From: a virus
Lineage: Duplodnaviria; Caudoviricetes
Virus record (IMG/VR): IMGVR_UViG_3300013117_000343
Location: 1-50,508 of that record
Strand: one strand, 5' to 3'
DNA: 50,508 nucleotides
The notes under the pieces were generated by a model. The model saw only the letters and a program-made list of their open reading frames with translations. It had not been told where the DNA came from and made no database searches. Each line of letters opens with the position of its first letter. Position 1 is the first letter of the stretch. Of this stretch, positions 35,582-44,673 are shown one piece after another. Made by a program: the position numbers and the translations under genes.

Positions 35582-36172
35582 ATGGGATACAGCGTAGGAG
35601 GAGGGGGTAGACCAGATACCCCAAGTTATAAAGCTAAAGGGGAGAAGTTGACTAAAGCAATAGTAATTGAGGAGGTAAAAATAATTGAGGTTCCTAAGAC
35701 TTATACTATACCTATCATTAAGAACGTAGAGACTGAGCAGGTAAAATACGTAACTAAAGAGGAAGAGCAGGTTAAGTATAAGACTAATGAGGTTGAGACA
35801 GTTAAGTTTAATGTTAAAGAGCAAACTACTACGAGGTATGAGCCTAAGGTAGAAGAAACAATTAAATTTGTCCCAGTAGAGGTAAAGGTAGAGAAACCAG
35901 TAGTGGTTGAGAAAGATTATGAAAAGCCTAAGATATTGGAGAAAGAGTATATAGTTGCAACAGTAAAGGATATGGCAAATGTTAGGGATTTAATGGCTTT
36001 AATCCCCAAGTTAATATTAGATATAGCAAGTGTGAAAAAGGAGTTGGAGGGGTTGAGGAACGTGAAGTTGGTTGAGAAAATAGTGGAGGTCCCTAAAATC
36101 CAATGGATACCTACACCCACTGAGAGGATAGTTTGGAAAGACGTGGAAAGGGAGAGACCGAGTGCCAGTTAA
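35582..36172 (+). CDS. V/E/K/P-rich repeat protein with 10-aa period
   Basis: VETEQVKYVT/KEEEQVKYKT/NEVETVKFNV/KEQTTTRYEP/KVEETIKFVP/VEVKVEKPVV/VEKDYEKPKI. Confidence 0.7.
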   Translation: MGYSVGGGGRPDTPSYKAKGEKLTKAIVIEEVKIIEVPKTYTIPIIKNVETEQVKYVTKEEEQVKYKTNEVETVKFNVKEQTTTRYEPKVEETIKFVPVEVKVEKPVVVEKDYEKPKILEKEYIVATVKDMANVRDLMALIPKLILDIASVKKELEGLRNVKLVEKIVEVPKIQWIPTPTERIVWKDVERERPSAS

Positions 36173-38156
36173 GGTTGATAATATAAGAACTGAAGATTGG
36201 TTGGATAGTTATTATCTAAGATTAGATGGGTCTACTACTATGACTGGGGACTTAGCCATGGGAGGTAATGAAATTTATGGAAATTCAACCTCAGGAGGTG
36301 ACCTCTATCTGCGTGGTACCTCTCACGGAGATAATAACGGGGATGTGATAGTAAATGATTTGGGGGGTAACATAACATTATGTTCATCTACCATACTTAA
36401 GGCTAATTTTACTAATGAGTATGTAAGAACTGATGATATTAGGATGGGGATAAATGTAGCATATAATAATGCTCGTATAAGATTGTATAAAGAAGTTGTT
36501 ACTAACTTAAATGAACATACAAATAATATTAAATCTTCAGTCCATCATGCACGTACTACAGATGGAAGTTATTGGGTGCAAAATTTAATGTTTGATAACA
36601 CTATGTCTGGTGGAGGGAGAGCATATACTGCTGGTGTTTGGGGAGATATTTATAATAGAAATACAGACCCTGACTCAATAGCTATTGCTAATTATGGAGT
36701 TGTAAGAGTATTAAATTCTGCAAGAGGAAAGAACACGTGTCAAGTGGCAGTAATAGAACACGATACAGATGCAGACGCAACAAGCTATACACTATTTTCT
36801 GGGAGTATAGTGGGTGCTGGAACAGGCACACCTGCAACAGCTAAAGGTTTAAGTTTAGGTAATATAGATGTAGCTACTGATAACTGGGCGATTTACACAA
36901 GATTAGGAACTGTATATTTTGGAGATGATTTAGGAGTTGGTATAACAGCTCCTACTGCTAATGCTCATGTCAAAGGTTTGCTAACAACTGCCCTCACAGG
37001 CACAGTAGCGGCAACCAATGGTTCTGACGCAATAGTAGGGACAGGAACTAACTTTGACAATGGAGAAATAGCAGTTGGTGATGCTATTAAAATAGAATCA
37101 GATGAAGCCGCAGGATACGAAATCTTCACAGTAGCTACTATTACAGATGATACTAACTTAACAGTAGACTCCAACTACGCAGGAACTACAGATAGTGGCT
37201 TAGACGCTTGGAGTGATAGTGATTTATTTAGGGTAGATGATGGTGATGGAAGTAATGCTATAACAGTTACAAAAAGTAGGTATGTGGGTCTTAGAATAGC
37301 AGCTCCAGCTCACCCATTACAGTTATCTCTGTCTGGAGATTATTTTTCTATAACAGATAGTGGAGATTCAGATGGTGATAGAGTAAGAATTGGAGATAGT
37401 AGCGGAAATGGGGGTTATATAAGTCTTTATGATGATAGCGAAACAAGCACAGCTTTAATAAGGTCTTATGCGATTTCAAGTGTTCAGGCATATTTTATAG
37501 CAGGCAACGTCGGCATTGGAGATACAGCACCAAATCAATTACTCGGTTTATTAGGAGCAAACGCCCAAATATCCGTAGAGGAAAGTGATACAGAGTTTAT
37601 AAGGATAGGTGTAGGTGAAACAGAGGGAAAAGCAATAATTGGTTGGGACGATGGAACTGATTTACAATTAGGATTATATACCTCACCTACAGATACAACA
37701 ATTGACCCAAAAATGACAATATCTTCAGCAGGTGTAGTAGATGTAGTAGGAGGTTTAACTGCTGGCTCATTTATAAGCGATACAACCATTGCTTCTGGGA
37801 CAAATTTAGCCGCAGGGACATCTCTTAAGGTAAGCACTTTTACTCAAGCTACTGTAGACGCACAGGATATAGTATTAGCTGTTGGCTATAACCTTACTCC
37901 AGCTACAAGTTATATCACTTTAAACAATGCCAACGCCGTAGGAACAGCTATAACTTTAGTAGAAGCCGCCGCAATATTAGACGGTATGGAATTTGAGATA
38001 CATAATATAGATGGTGCTAATAACATAACCTTTGCCAATATCGCAGGGGTTCAAGTAGTAAATGGCGGGGCAATAACTTTAGGACCTAATGATGTTGTAA
38101 AATTTAGATATGTTACTAACCAATATATACAGTCAACAGTAGTATCTAATAACTAA
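36162..38156 (+). CDS. Tail fibre / receptor-binding protein
   Basis: YLRLDGSTTMTGDL, repeated GNVGIG-like units (LGVGITAP, YVGLRIAAP, GNVGIGDTAP); G/T/D/A-rich. Confidence 0.8.
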   Translation: MPVKVDNIRTEDWLDSYYLRLDGSTTMTGDLAMGGNEIYGNSTSGGDLYLRGTSHGDNNGDVIVNDLGGNITLCSSTILKANFTNEYVRTDDIRMGINVAYNNARIRLYKEVVTNLNEHTNNIKSSVHHARTTDGSYWVQNLMFDNTMSGGGRAYTAGVWGDIYNRNTDPDSIAIANYGVVRVLNSARGKNTCQVAVIEHDTDADATSYTLFSGSIVGAGTGTPATAKGLSLGNIDVATDNWAIYTRLGTVYFGDDLGVGITAPTANAHVKGLLTTALTGTVAATNGSDAIVGTGTNFDNGEIAVGDAIKIESDEAAGYEIFTVATITDDTNLTVDSNYAGTTDSGLDAWSDSDLFRVDDGDGSNAITVTKSRYVGLRIAAPAHPLQLSLSGDYFSITDSGDSDGDRVRIGDSSGNGGYISLYDDSETSTALIRSYAISSVQAYFIAGNVGIGDTAPNQLLGLLGANAQISVEESDTEFIRIGVGETEGKAIIGWDDGTDLQLGLYTSPTDTTIDPKMTISSAGVVDVVGGLTAGSFISDTTIASGTNLAAGTSLKVSTFTQATVDAQDIVLAVGYNLTPATSYITLNNANAVGTAITLVEAAAILDGMEFEIHNIDGANNITFANIAGVQVVNGGAITLGPNDVVKFRYVTNQYIQSTVVSNN

Positions 38157-38166
38157 GGGGGGAATT

Positions 38167-38364
38167 ATGAGTGAAATAGCTCTTGATGCAGATACTATCC
38201 AGATAACTACAGAAGTAGTTACTATAAAAGTAAGGGGAGCCTTAATTGATAAAAGGGCTGTGTTGGTGGAAGAGAGAGATAATTATACAACAGAATATAA
38301 TGCAAAGATAGCAGTTATAGACAGACAGTTAGGAGTGTTAAATGCTGAACGAGATAGGGGGTAA
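38167..38364 (+). CDS. Small fibre-associated protein
   Basis: Follows the fibre gene; short coiled coil. Confidence 0.55.
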   Translation: MSEIALDADTIQITTEVVTIKVRGALIDKRAVLVEERDNYTTEYNAKIAVIDRQLGVLNAERDRG

Positions 38365-38365
38365 T

Positions 38366-38551
38366 ATGAGATACGAAATATCAGATAATCAAATTAGAAG
38401 TCTAAAGGGTATATTAGCTAACGCTAATATTAAAGGGGTGGAGGCCCCCATGATTATTGAACTTAATAATGTTCTTTCAAGACCAATAATAGAGAAGCCC
38501 AAAATTGAAAAGGAGGGTGGTGGTGAACGGAAAGACGAAGGAAAAGCTTAG
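38366..38551 (+). CDS. Small fibre-associated protein
   Basis: NANIKGVEAP; position. Confidence 0.55.
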   Translation: MRYEISDNQIRSLKGILANANIKGVEAPMIIELNNVLSRPIIEKPKIEKEGGGERKDEGKA

Positions 38552-38768
38552 TGACATTGGGAGAGTTTTAAGGTTCATTACCCCAATACTAATAGCACTT
38601 ATCTTATTTATATTAAATGGTTTTAGAAGTGATATTAGGGATGTGAGGGCTCAAATTTTCAAAATATCTAAAGATATAGTGTATAAGTGTGATTATACTG
38701 AAGACCAAAAGAGATTATGGGAAGTAATAGATAACATAACAAAAAGACTTGATAAACGTAGGAGGTGA
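38505..38768 (+). CDS. Single-TM protein with coiled coil (possible lysis accessory)
   Basis: FITPILIALILFILNG. Confidence 0.55.
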   Translation: MKRRVVVNGKTKEKLSDIGRVLRFITPILIALILFILNGFRSDIRDVRAQIFKISKDIVYKCDYTEDQKRLWEVIDNITKRLDKRRR

Positions 38769-38771
38769 GTC

Positions 38772-39530
38772 ATGGCTCTTGGAGATGGTAGTGGGTGGGA
38801 CAATACAACTCCCACAGACGCTACAGTAGCGACAAGTATTGATGATTATAATAGAGACCTTAGGATTGGGGTTCAGGGTAGGATGAACTTGGAACATGAG
38901 TGGCCTGCAAGTCAAAGTGCCACTAGTGAAGGTGGTAGGCATAAGTTTATCACTTTCATTGACGACACTAAACCCACTCTCTCTGGAACTCAGGTTGCTG
39001 GGATTTATTCCAAGACCGATAACCTCTTCTTTGAGAAGAGTGCTGGGACTGAGGTTCAGATAGTAGCGGGAACAGCTGTGGGTGATGGTAAGATACTGAT
39101 GAGTGCTACCGATACCAGTGCGGGATATTTAATAGATAAGGTTGACGGAGCCACTATCACTGCAAGCGGCACAAACCTACAGTCTATGGTAGTTAAAACC
39201 ACTGCCTATGACAGCGGCTGGTTTGCAGTAACTAAAGGGACTGCAGTTACTAAAACTCATGGTCTTGGGACTATCAAGTTGGTGACTTCTCTCTTCTACT
39301 CCCCAGACTCAAGTGGAACTACCTTTGTTGCGGTTGTGGGGCAGGTAGGTCAACATGAGGGTGCAACACAAGATAGTATGGGAGGTCTGGTAGACAATAT
39401 ATCAACGACTACTCTTAGAGCAGTCCCAGCCGATGCAAGTGTTGTCGTCGGTAGTCAAAGTGGAGCAGGTAGTTGGTTCTATAAAACCAATAATGGTTAT
39501 TATCGTGTGGTAGCATTAGCATTAGTATAA
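38772..39530 (+). CDS. Tail-associated fibre/spike protein
   Basis: WDNTTP...EHEW N-terminal anchor; YDSGWF..THGLG; YYRVVA C-terminus. Confidence 0.65.
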   Translation: MALGDGSGWDNTTPTDATVATSIDDYNRDLRIGVQGRMNLEHEWPASQSATSEGGRHKFITFIDDTKPTLSGTQVAGIYSKTDNLFFEKSAGTEVQIVAGTAVGDGKILMSATDTSAGYLIDKVDGATITASGTNLQSMVVKTTAYDSGWFAVTKGTAVTKTHGLGTIKLVTSLFYSPDSSGTTFVAVVGQVGQHEGATQDSMGGLVDNISTTTLRAVPADASVVVGSQSGAGSWFYKTNNGYYRVVALALV

Positions 39531-39539
39531 GGAGACATT

Positions 39540-41795
39540 ATGCCTTGGTCTCACGTTTACTCTCCAACTAAAGGAATGGTAACAAATATAGCCCCTACCC
39601 TCCTACCCAAAGAAGCCAGTCCCTATATTAAGGGTTGCTACCTCAAGCATGGAGAGGTAGTTAGTGACTTCGGCTATGTAGACTTTCCAATCCCCTCTGC
39701 TACCCAAACTAACCAACTTAATGGGACTGTTATGCTAATTGACCAGTTTTACAAAGAGGATGGAACCTCCTCTCTTTTAGCTTTCACCACGACTAACGTT
39801 TACAAATATAACACTACCACTGAGACTTGGGATGTGGTTACTCAAGGAATTGAGATAGATGACTGTGAGGCTGCTTGGGATGCTAAAGCTAATGTTACTT
39901 CCACTAGGGATAGTGCTGTTAAACTTAGGGACACCTATAGTGCTAAGCATGTGATTGCGGCTGGGTTCACCACAGGAATTGTTAGTAGTGAGGATGACCT
40001 CCAAAATACTGATATTAGTGCTGCTACTAACACTCACTTATCTTATTGGATTAGGGCAACTGCAGCTGTAGCGGCAGAGGTCTTCTCAATTAGACTTGAT
40101 GAACAGGCGGCGTGTGCAGCTGGTGCAACATACGCTGACTATTATGTTCCAGCTCTCGTAGCTGATGAGTGGCAGCATGTAGTAGTAGACATATCAGCTC
40201 CAGATGATGATGATGGGGGGACTTACCCTGATGACCTTGACGCCCTAGCGAGTGTAGGCTTAATAGCTAATAGTGACCCAGGGGCAGTAACAATCTATAT
40301 AGATGATATGAGAACAGTAAAGGCCTTCACTGGAGATGGGGATAATAAGTTTAGCACTACTGCTATGAGCAATACCTTTATGGTAACTAATGGGATAGAC
40401 CAACCTCAAAAATATACGGGTTCTGGGTTATTCGCAGACTTGACCACCACACTGGCGGCTGGAGCTATTACCACCTCCGAGGTAATATTAACTGCCAAAG
40501 ACCATGTGGTGCTCTTCAACAATACTGAGAATGGGGCGGATGCTCCCCTAAGGGCAACCTGGTCAAATATAGGCAGAATAGAGGATTACGTTGGAGGCAC
40601 TGCAGGCTACCAAGACCTAACCGATGATGAGAGCTGGGTAATAGCAGCAGAGCAATTAAGTGAGAATGCGTGGGCAATATATAAAGAGAGGTCTATAGTT
40701 TTGATGGTTTGGGTAGGTGGAGCTACCCCTTTTAGGTTTATGACAATGGTCACTGGGACTGGGGCTTTAAGTAAGGATGCAATAGTTGATGTTGGTGGAG
40801 AGCATATGGTCTTAGGCCCTGATGTTACATTTGCTTACAAGGGCACTGGGGAAATAGAAATATTAGATGACCCAGTTAAGAGAACTATGTATGATAGGCT
40901 GAGCAGGGAGTATGCTGGTAGGAGCTTCATAATATATGTCGAGGAAGATGATGAGCTTCAAGTTTGGATACCCACTATACCAACGTCTTCAAGCTCTGGT
41001 TCAATTACGGAGTTCGCTGACGGTGGTGGAGGTCAAGTTACTGTTACTTCGGCAGCCCACGGCCTCTCCAACGATGATAGGGTTATAATCACTGAAACTG
41101 TTAACTATAATGGGGAGTATACAATAGCGGGCGTAGCCACCAATACCTTTGAGATTACTGCAACCTGGGCAGTTGATGATGCCACTGGAACTTGGAGAGT
41201 AACTCAAGGCTACCCCAATGAAGTTTGGTGTTATGATGTAGTGAGGGAAGTTTGGTATAGGAAGAGTAGGAGCATGACAGGCTATGGCTTTTACCAAGCT
41301 GCCAGCTCCCTAACCATAGGGGAACTAACTGGGAACATTGGTGAGCAGGACTGGCGCTTTGGGGATATGTTGACTAAGGCTTATGCCCCAATTACTTTAG
41401 TTGGGGACAATGATGGTAAGGTTTATCAATTAAGTAAAACTACTCTCAACAACGATGGGACTGCTATAACTAATGAGTTTCAGACCCCTGACTTTGTTCT
41501 CCCTGGAACTGAAGATTATATGAACTATTATATGAGAGTTCCCCAACTAATATTTGAAGCTAAAGGTCAAAGTGTGACTACCACTTGGTCTGGGGATGGA
41601 GGGAACACTTGGCATGCTACTGAGGGTGGAGGAGGGAACACCTCTGCTCTAACCAGTGATTATAAGATTTACCAACAAGACTTTGATACAAGTGTTAGAA
41701 AGATTAGGTTTAAGTTCTTAAATAATACTGCGAGTAGTGGATTTTATTTAAGATATTATGGGTTTTATTGGAGAGAGAAGAGTGGGAGGTTATAA
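39540..41795 (+). CDS. Tail nozzle (tail tubular protein B / P22 gp10-like) with inserted domains
   Basis: [43 protein letters not shown]; 751 aa. Confidence 0.8.
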   Translation: MPWSHVYSPTKGMVTNIAPTLLPKEASPYIKGCYLKHGEVVSDFGYVDFPIPSATQTNQLNGTVMLIDQFYKEDGTSSLLAFTTTNVYKYNTTTETWDVVTQGIEIDDCEAAWDAKANVTSTRDSAVKLRDTYSAKHVIAAGFTTGIVSSEDDLQNTDISAATNTHLSYWIRATAAVAAEVFSIRLDEQAACAAGATYADYYVPALVADEWQHVVVDISAPDDDDGGTYPDDLDALASVGLIANSDPGAVTIYIDDMRTVKAFTGDGDNKFSTTAMSNTFMVTNGIDQPQKYTGSGLFADLTTTLAAGAITTSEVILTAKDHVVLFNNTENGADAPLRATWSNIGRIEDYVGGTAGYQDLTDDESWVIAAEQLSENAWAIYKERSIVLMVWVGGATPFRFMTMVTGTGALSKDAIVDVGGEHMVLGPDVTFAYKGTGEIEILDDPVKRTMYDRLSREYAGRSFIIYVEEDDELQVWIPTIPTSSSSGSITEFADGGGGQVTVTSAAHGLSNDDRVIITETVNYNGEYTIAGVATNTFEITATWAVDDATGTWRVTQGYPNEVWCYDVVREVWYRKSRSMTGYGFYQAASSLTIGELTGNIGEQDWRFGDMLTKAYAPITLVGDNDGKVYQLSKTTLNNDGTAITNEFQTPDFVLPGTEDYMNYYMRVPQLIFEAKGQSVTTTWSGDGGNTWHATEGGGGNTSALTSDYKIYQQDFDTSVRKIRFKFLNNTASSGFYLRYYGFYWREKSGRL

Positions 41796-42241
41796 TGCCA
41801 GAGGTTGAACATGGTTCTGTAGACTTATCTGGTGGTGTAATTGGTAATTTGCCGGTTGGTAACCTAAATGGTGGAGCTAGTGCTTCATCTTCTACATATT
41901 GGAGGGGTGATGCTACTTGGGTTACTCCTACGGATACATCTGTAACATTGGGAGCATGGGTTGCAAGGAATAATGATACAGTTTACCAAGCTGCTACTGA
42001 TGGATTTGTATTAGCGTTTACTACAGATGATAGTGACAATGAATGGATAAGATGTTGGTCTGATGGTGATAATCCACCTACAACATTAAGGCATCAATCG
42101 GGAAGTAATACATTTGAGTCTGCTAATGGTGCAGGGTGTTGTGTGCCAGTTAAGAAAGATGATTATTATAAGGTTAGAGGAGCAGATTATGGTGATAATA
42201 ATCTTGGAACAACAACAGTTTATTGGATACCATTGAGTTAG
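41795..42241 (+). CDS. Small tail fibre/spike protein
   Basis: [39 protein letters not shown]. Confidence 0.65.
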   Translation: MPEVEHGSVDLSGGVIGNLPVGNLNGGASASSSTYWRGDATWVTPTDTSVTLGAWVARNNDTVYQAATDGFVLAFTTDDSDNEWIRCWSDGDNPPTTLRHQSGSNTFESANGAGCCVPVKKDDYYKVRGADYGDNNLGTTTVYWIPLS

Positions 42242-42249
42242 GAGGTTTT

Positions 42250-42522
42250 ATGTTTGAAGTTAAAACAGGCTATGGTTATTTTAAGGATTTAAAAGAACAT
42301 ATAATAACTAAAGCTGAGCTTCCCTTAGGTAGACATCCAATTAAGGATGGTTACACCTATGTTGAAGTAGATGATAAAAATGCTTTGGCTAGTATAAAAG
42401 TTTATAAAAGGCCACTATCTGCAAAGGAAGTTAGGGAGCAAAAAATAGTGCGTGAAATGGGTAAGATTACAAGAGCTACTGCTATTCAGAGCTTATTAGA
42501 TAAGGGAGAAATAGATGCTTGA
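42250..42522 (+). CDS. Putative fibre assembly chaperone
   Basis: Follows the fibre gene; GGAGG RBS. Confidence 0.5.
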   Translation: MFEVKTGYGYFKDLKEHIITKAELPLGRHPIKDGYTYVEVDDKNALASIKVYKRPLSAKEVREQKIVREMGKITRATAIQSLLDKGEIDA

Positions 42523-42943
42523 TAAAGAACTAGCCTTAATCTTAATAGTAACAATCTCCACCCTCCTCTGGGCTCTTGGAGGAAAGTATTGGAAAGGGTT
42601 TAGGAGGATAGTCCTCCCAATCCTAATTAGTTTTGTTGGGTTAAGTTTGGGATTAGCGGTTGGGAAGTTAGTCCTCTATTCCCTAATCCATTGGGGGGTA
42701 ACATCTCTACCTTATGGTGAAAAAACCCCATACTGGGTGAAATCCCTTGTTGGGTGCTCCTATGTTGCCCCAAGTTTAATATTTGGTTTTACTCTTTGGC
42801 AAGTGATATTGCCTACAGCGTTCATAGTAACCTTTATTTTAAGTAACTGGAAGCCCACTTCCAAAGACTTCACTTGGAAGGCTTGTGAACTCTCAGTCGG
42901 CTTTCTTAAGGGTATGACAGATGGAATAGTAATGATATTTTAA
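42515..42943 (+). CDS. Multi-pass membrane protein
   Basis: About four hydrophobic segments; LWALGG..RRIVLP, SLPYG. Confidence 0.75.
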   Translation: MLDKELALILIVTISTLLWALGGKYWKGFRRIVLPILISFVGLSLGLAVGKLVLYSLIHWGVTSLPYGEKTPYWVKSLVGCSYVAPSLIFGFTLWQVILPTAFIVTFILSNWKPTSKDFTWKACELSVGFLKGMTDGIVMIF

Positions 42944-42952
42944 GGAGAAATT

Positions 42953-43285
42953 ATGCCAGAGTTTAAAAAGATTCAATCAGGGATGTTCGACGTCCCTTAT
43001 GGAGTAGCCAGTGCGGATATAACTACAGGTCTCACGGTGGTAGCCACCACTGGTGGTAACTACCATGGATGCTCCCTGATAGCGGGAGCAACAGCCAAGG
43101 CGACAATTTACATCTATGATAACGCCTCAACTACCAGTGGAAACAAACTGGACATGTTTGTGGTGAAAACTGGGGGAGATGTTTGGATAGATAGGTTTAT
43201 CCCAGTTATTGCTAAAAATGGGATTAGTGTGAGTTTAACGGGAGTTGGGAGTGAGGGGGTAGTTTTCTTTTCGCCTAAAGGATAG
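42953..43285 (+). CDS. Small beta-rich virion protein; paralog of 34834-35148
   Basis: NYHGC...IYIYDNASTTSG...NGI. Confidence 0.65.
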   Translation: MPEFKKIQSGMFDVPYGVASADITTGLTVVATTGGNYHGCSLIAGATAKATIYIYDNASTTSGNKLDMFVVKTGGDVWIDRFIPVIAKNGISVSLTGVGSEGVVFFSPKG

Positions 43286-43293
43286 GAGGAATT

Positions 43294-44082
43294 ATGATTA
43301 ACAAACTTAAATGGTTATGGAAGAATAGGGCTAGATGGGTGGGTAATGAAGGAGGCTTTTGGCAATTCTTAGCCAACCCAGCATTTTGGAAAGGTGTAAG
43401 TCAGGTTGGTAGCACCTACCTTGCTTATAAAAGTAGTAAAGATAAGGGGGGAGGTGGAGGTGGAGGAGAACAAATCGTAAGTAAGGAGTTTCAAGACCCT
43501 CTTAAACATCATGTGGCTACACCTATGGCTAGGTTTCTTGGTGAGGGTATAGGAAGAGGCCTTCCAAAATATGAGGGGGAGATGTATGAGCCTCTTGACC
43601 CTTATACTAAAAGTAGGTACTCAGAGTTTATGAAACTCGACCCTGGAGAATGGTTTGAGGAAGCTGTAGGGGGACCTGAGACTAAAAGGTTTAAAGAGGA
43701 GCTACTTCCTGAGATTAGGGAGGGTTACGCTGGAAGTCTTAGAGGAAGTGGAAGGTTTAGGGCGGAGGAAGCGGGGATAGGTAGGTTTAGTGAATATCTT
43801 GCTGGAGAGAGGGCTAGGCAAATTCCCGAGATTTCTAAAGCACAGTTTGGGATGGGAATGAGTAGGGCTGCTTATGAAAGTGTTGGAAAAGAAATTAAAT
43901 ATAAAAAGTGGTTGAGCGAACTTCCTGAGTATAATCCAATATTGGATAAGGCTATGGCTTTCCTTGCAGGACCAACTGGAAGAGATGTGGCTGTGGCAAC
44001 TGACCCAGGACAAAAATCACCTTGGGGGGATTTACTTAAGATGGGGATGGAAATATTTCAGCAGTGGCAGACCAAAAAGTAA
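43294..44082 (+). CDS. Putative ejection (internal virion/pilot) protein 1
   Basis: First of three helical genes after the nozzle; Gly-rich N-terminus. Confidence 0.6.
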   Translation: MINKLKWLWKNRARWVGNEGGFWQFLANPAFWKGVSQVGSTYLAYKSSKDKGGGGGGGEQIVSKEFQDPLKHHVATPMARFLGEGIGRGLPKYEGEMYEPLDPYTKSRYSEFMKLDPGEWFEEAVGGPETKRFKEELLPEIREGYAGSLRGSGRFRAEEAGIGRFSEYLAGERARQIPEISKAQFGMGMSRAAYESVGKEIKYKKWLSELPEYNPILDKAMAFLAGPTGRDVAVATDPGQKSPWGDLLKMGMEIFQQWQTKK

Positions 44083-44100
44083 ACTGTATAAGGAGGTTTT

Positions 44101-44673
44101 ATGGCTATAATAAACTTAGGTCAAATAGGAGAGCAGCGGGAAAGTTGGGCTAAACCTTTAGCTGATAGGGAGAGTAAGTATACTGATGCTCTTATTAAAG
44201 CCAAAGCAACAGAGGCTGAGGCTGAGAGTAAGAGGAAGGATGAGAGTAGAGCTTATATTAAACAAGCTTACAAGAACTACTGGAAGAAGAGTGAGACAGA
44301 GAGAGGTCTCTTTGATAATACTCCAGAGGGTAAGGAGTTTCATAAACTTGCTAAAAAACATATTGATGAGTGGTATGATAAAGAGGGGAAACCCATTAGG
44401 TATCCTATAGAGAATGAACCTACCCCTGAGGAGGAGAATGCAGCTAAACTTGCACTTGAGAGGGCTAAAAGAGGTCTAGACCCATCACCAGAAGGAGCAG
44501 CTGCTATTATCAAAGTTATTCAAAATGGTATAATGGACCAAACTATAGAAGAGGCTGAGGGTGCGCAGGCAATCAAATACTATATGCAATTCATCCAGAG
44601 CCGATTTACTGGCGGCTTGGGTGGGGGAGCAGGAGCAGACACTCAAGACCCACTAAACCTAATGGGAAGATAA
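44101..44673 (+). CDS. Putative ejection protein 2
   Basis: Position, helical and charged, C-terminal QDPLNLM. Confidence 0.55.
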   Translation: MAIINLGQIGEQRESWAKPLADRESKYTDALIKAKATEAEAESKRKDESRAYIKQAYKNYWKKSETERGLFDNTPEGKEFHKLAKKHIDEWYDKEGKPIRYPIENEPTPEEENAAKLALERAKRGLDPSPEGAAAIIKVIQNGIMDQTIEEAEGAQAIKYYMQFIQSRFTGGLGGGAGADTQDPLNLMGR

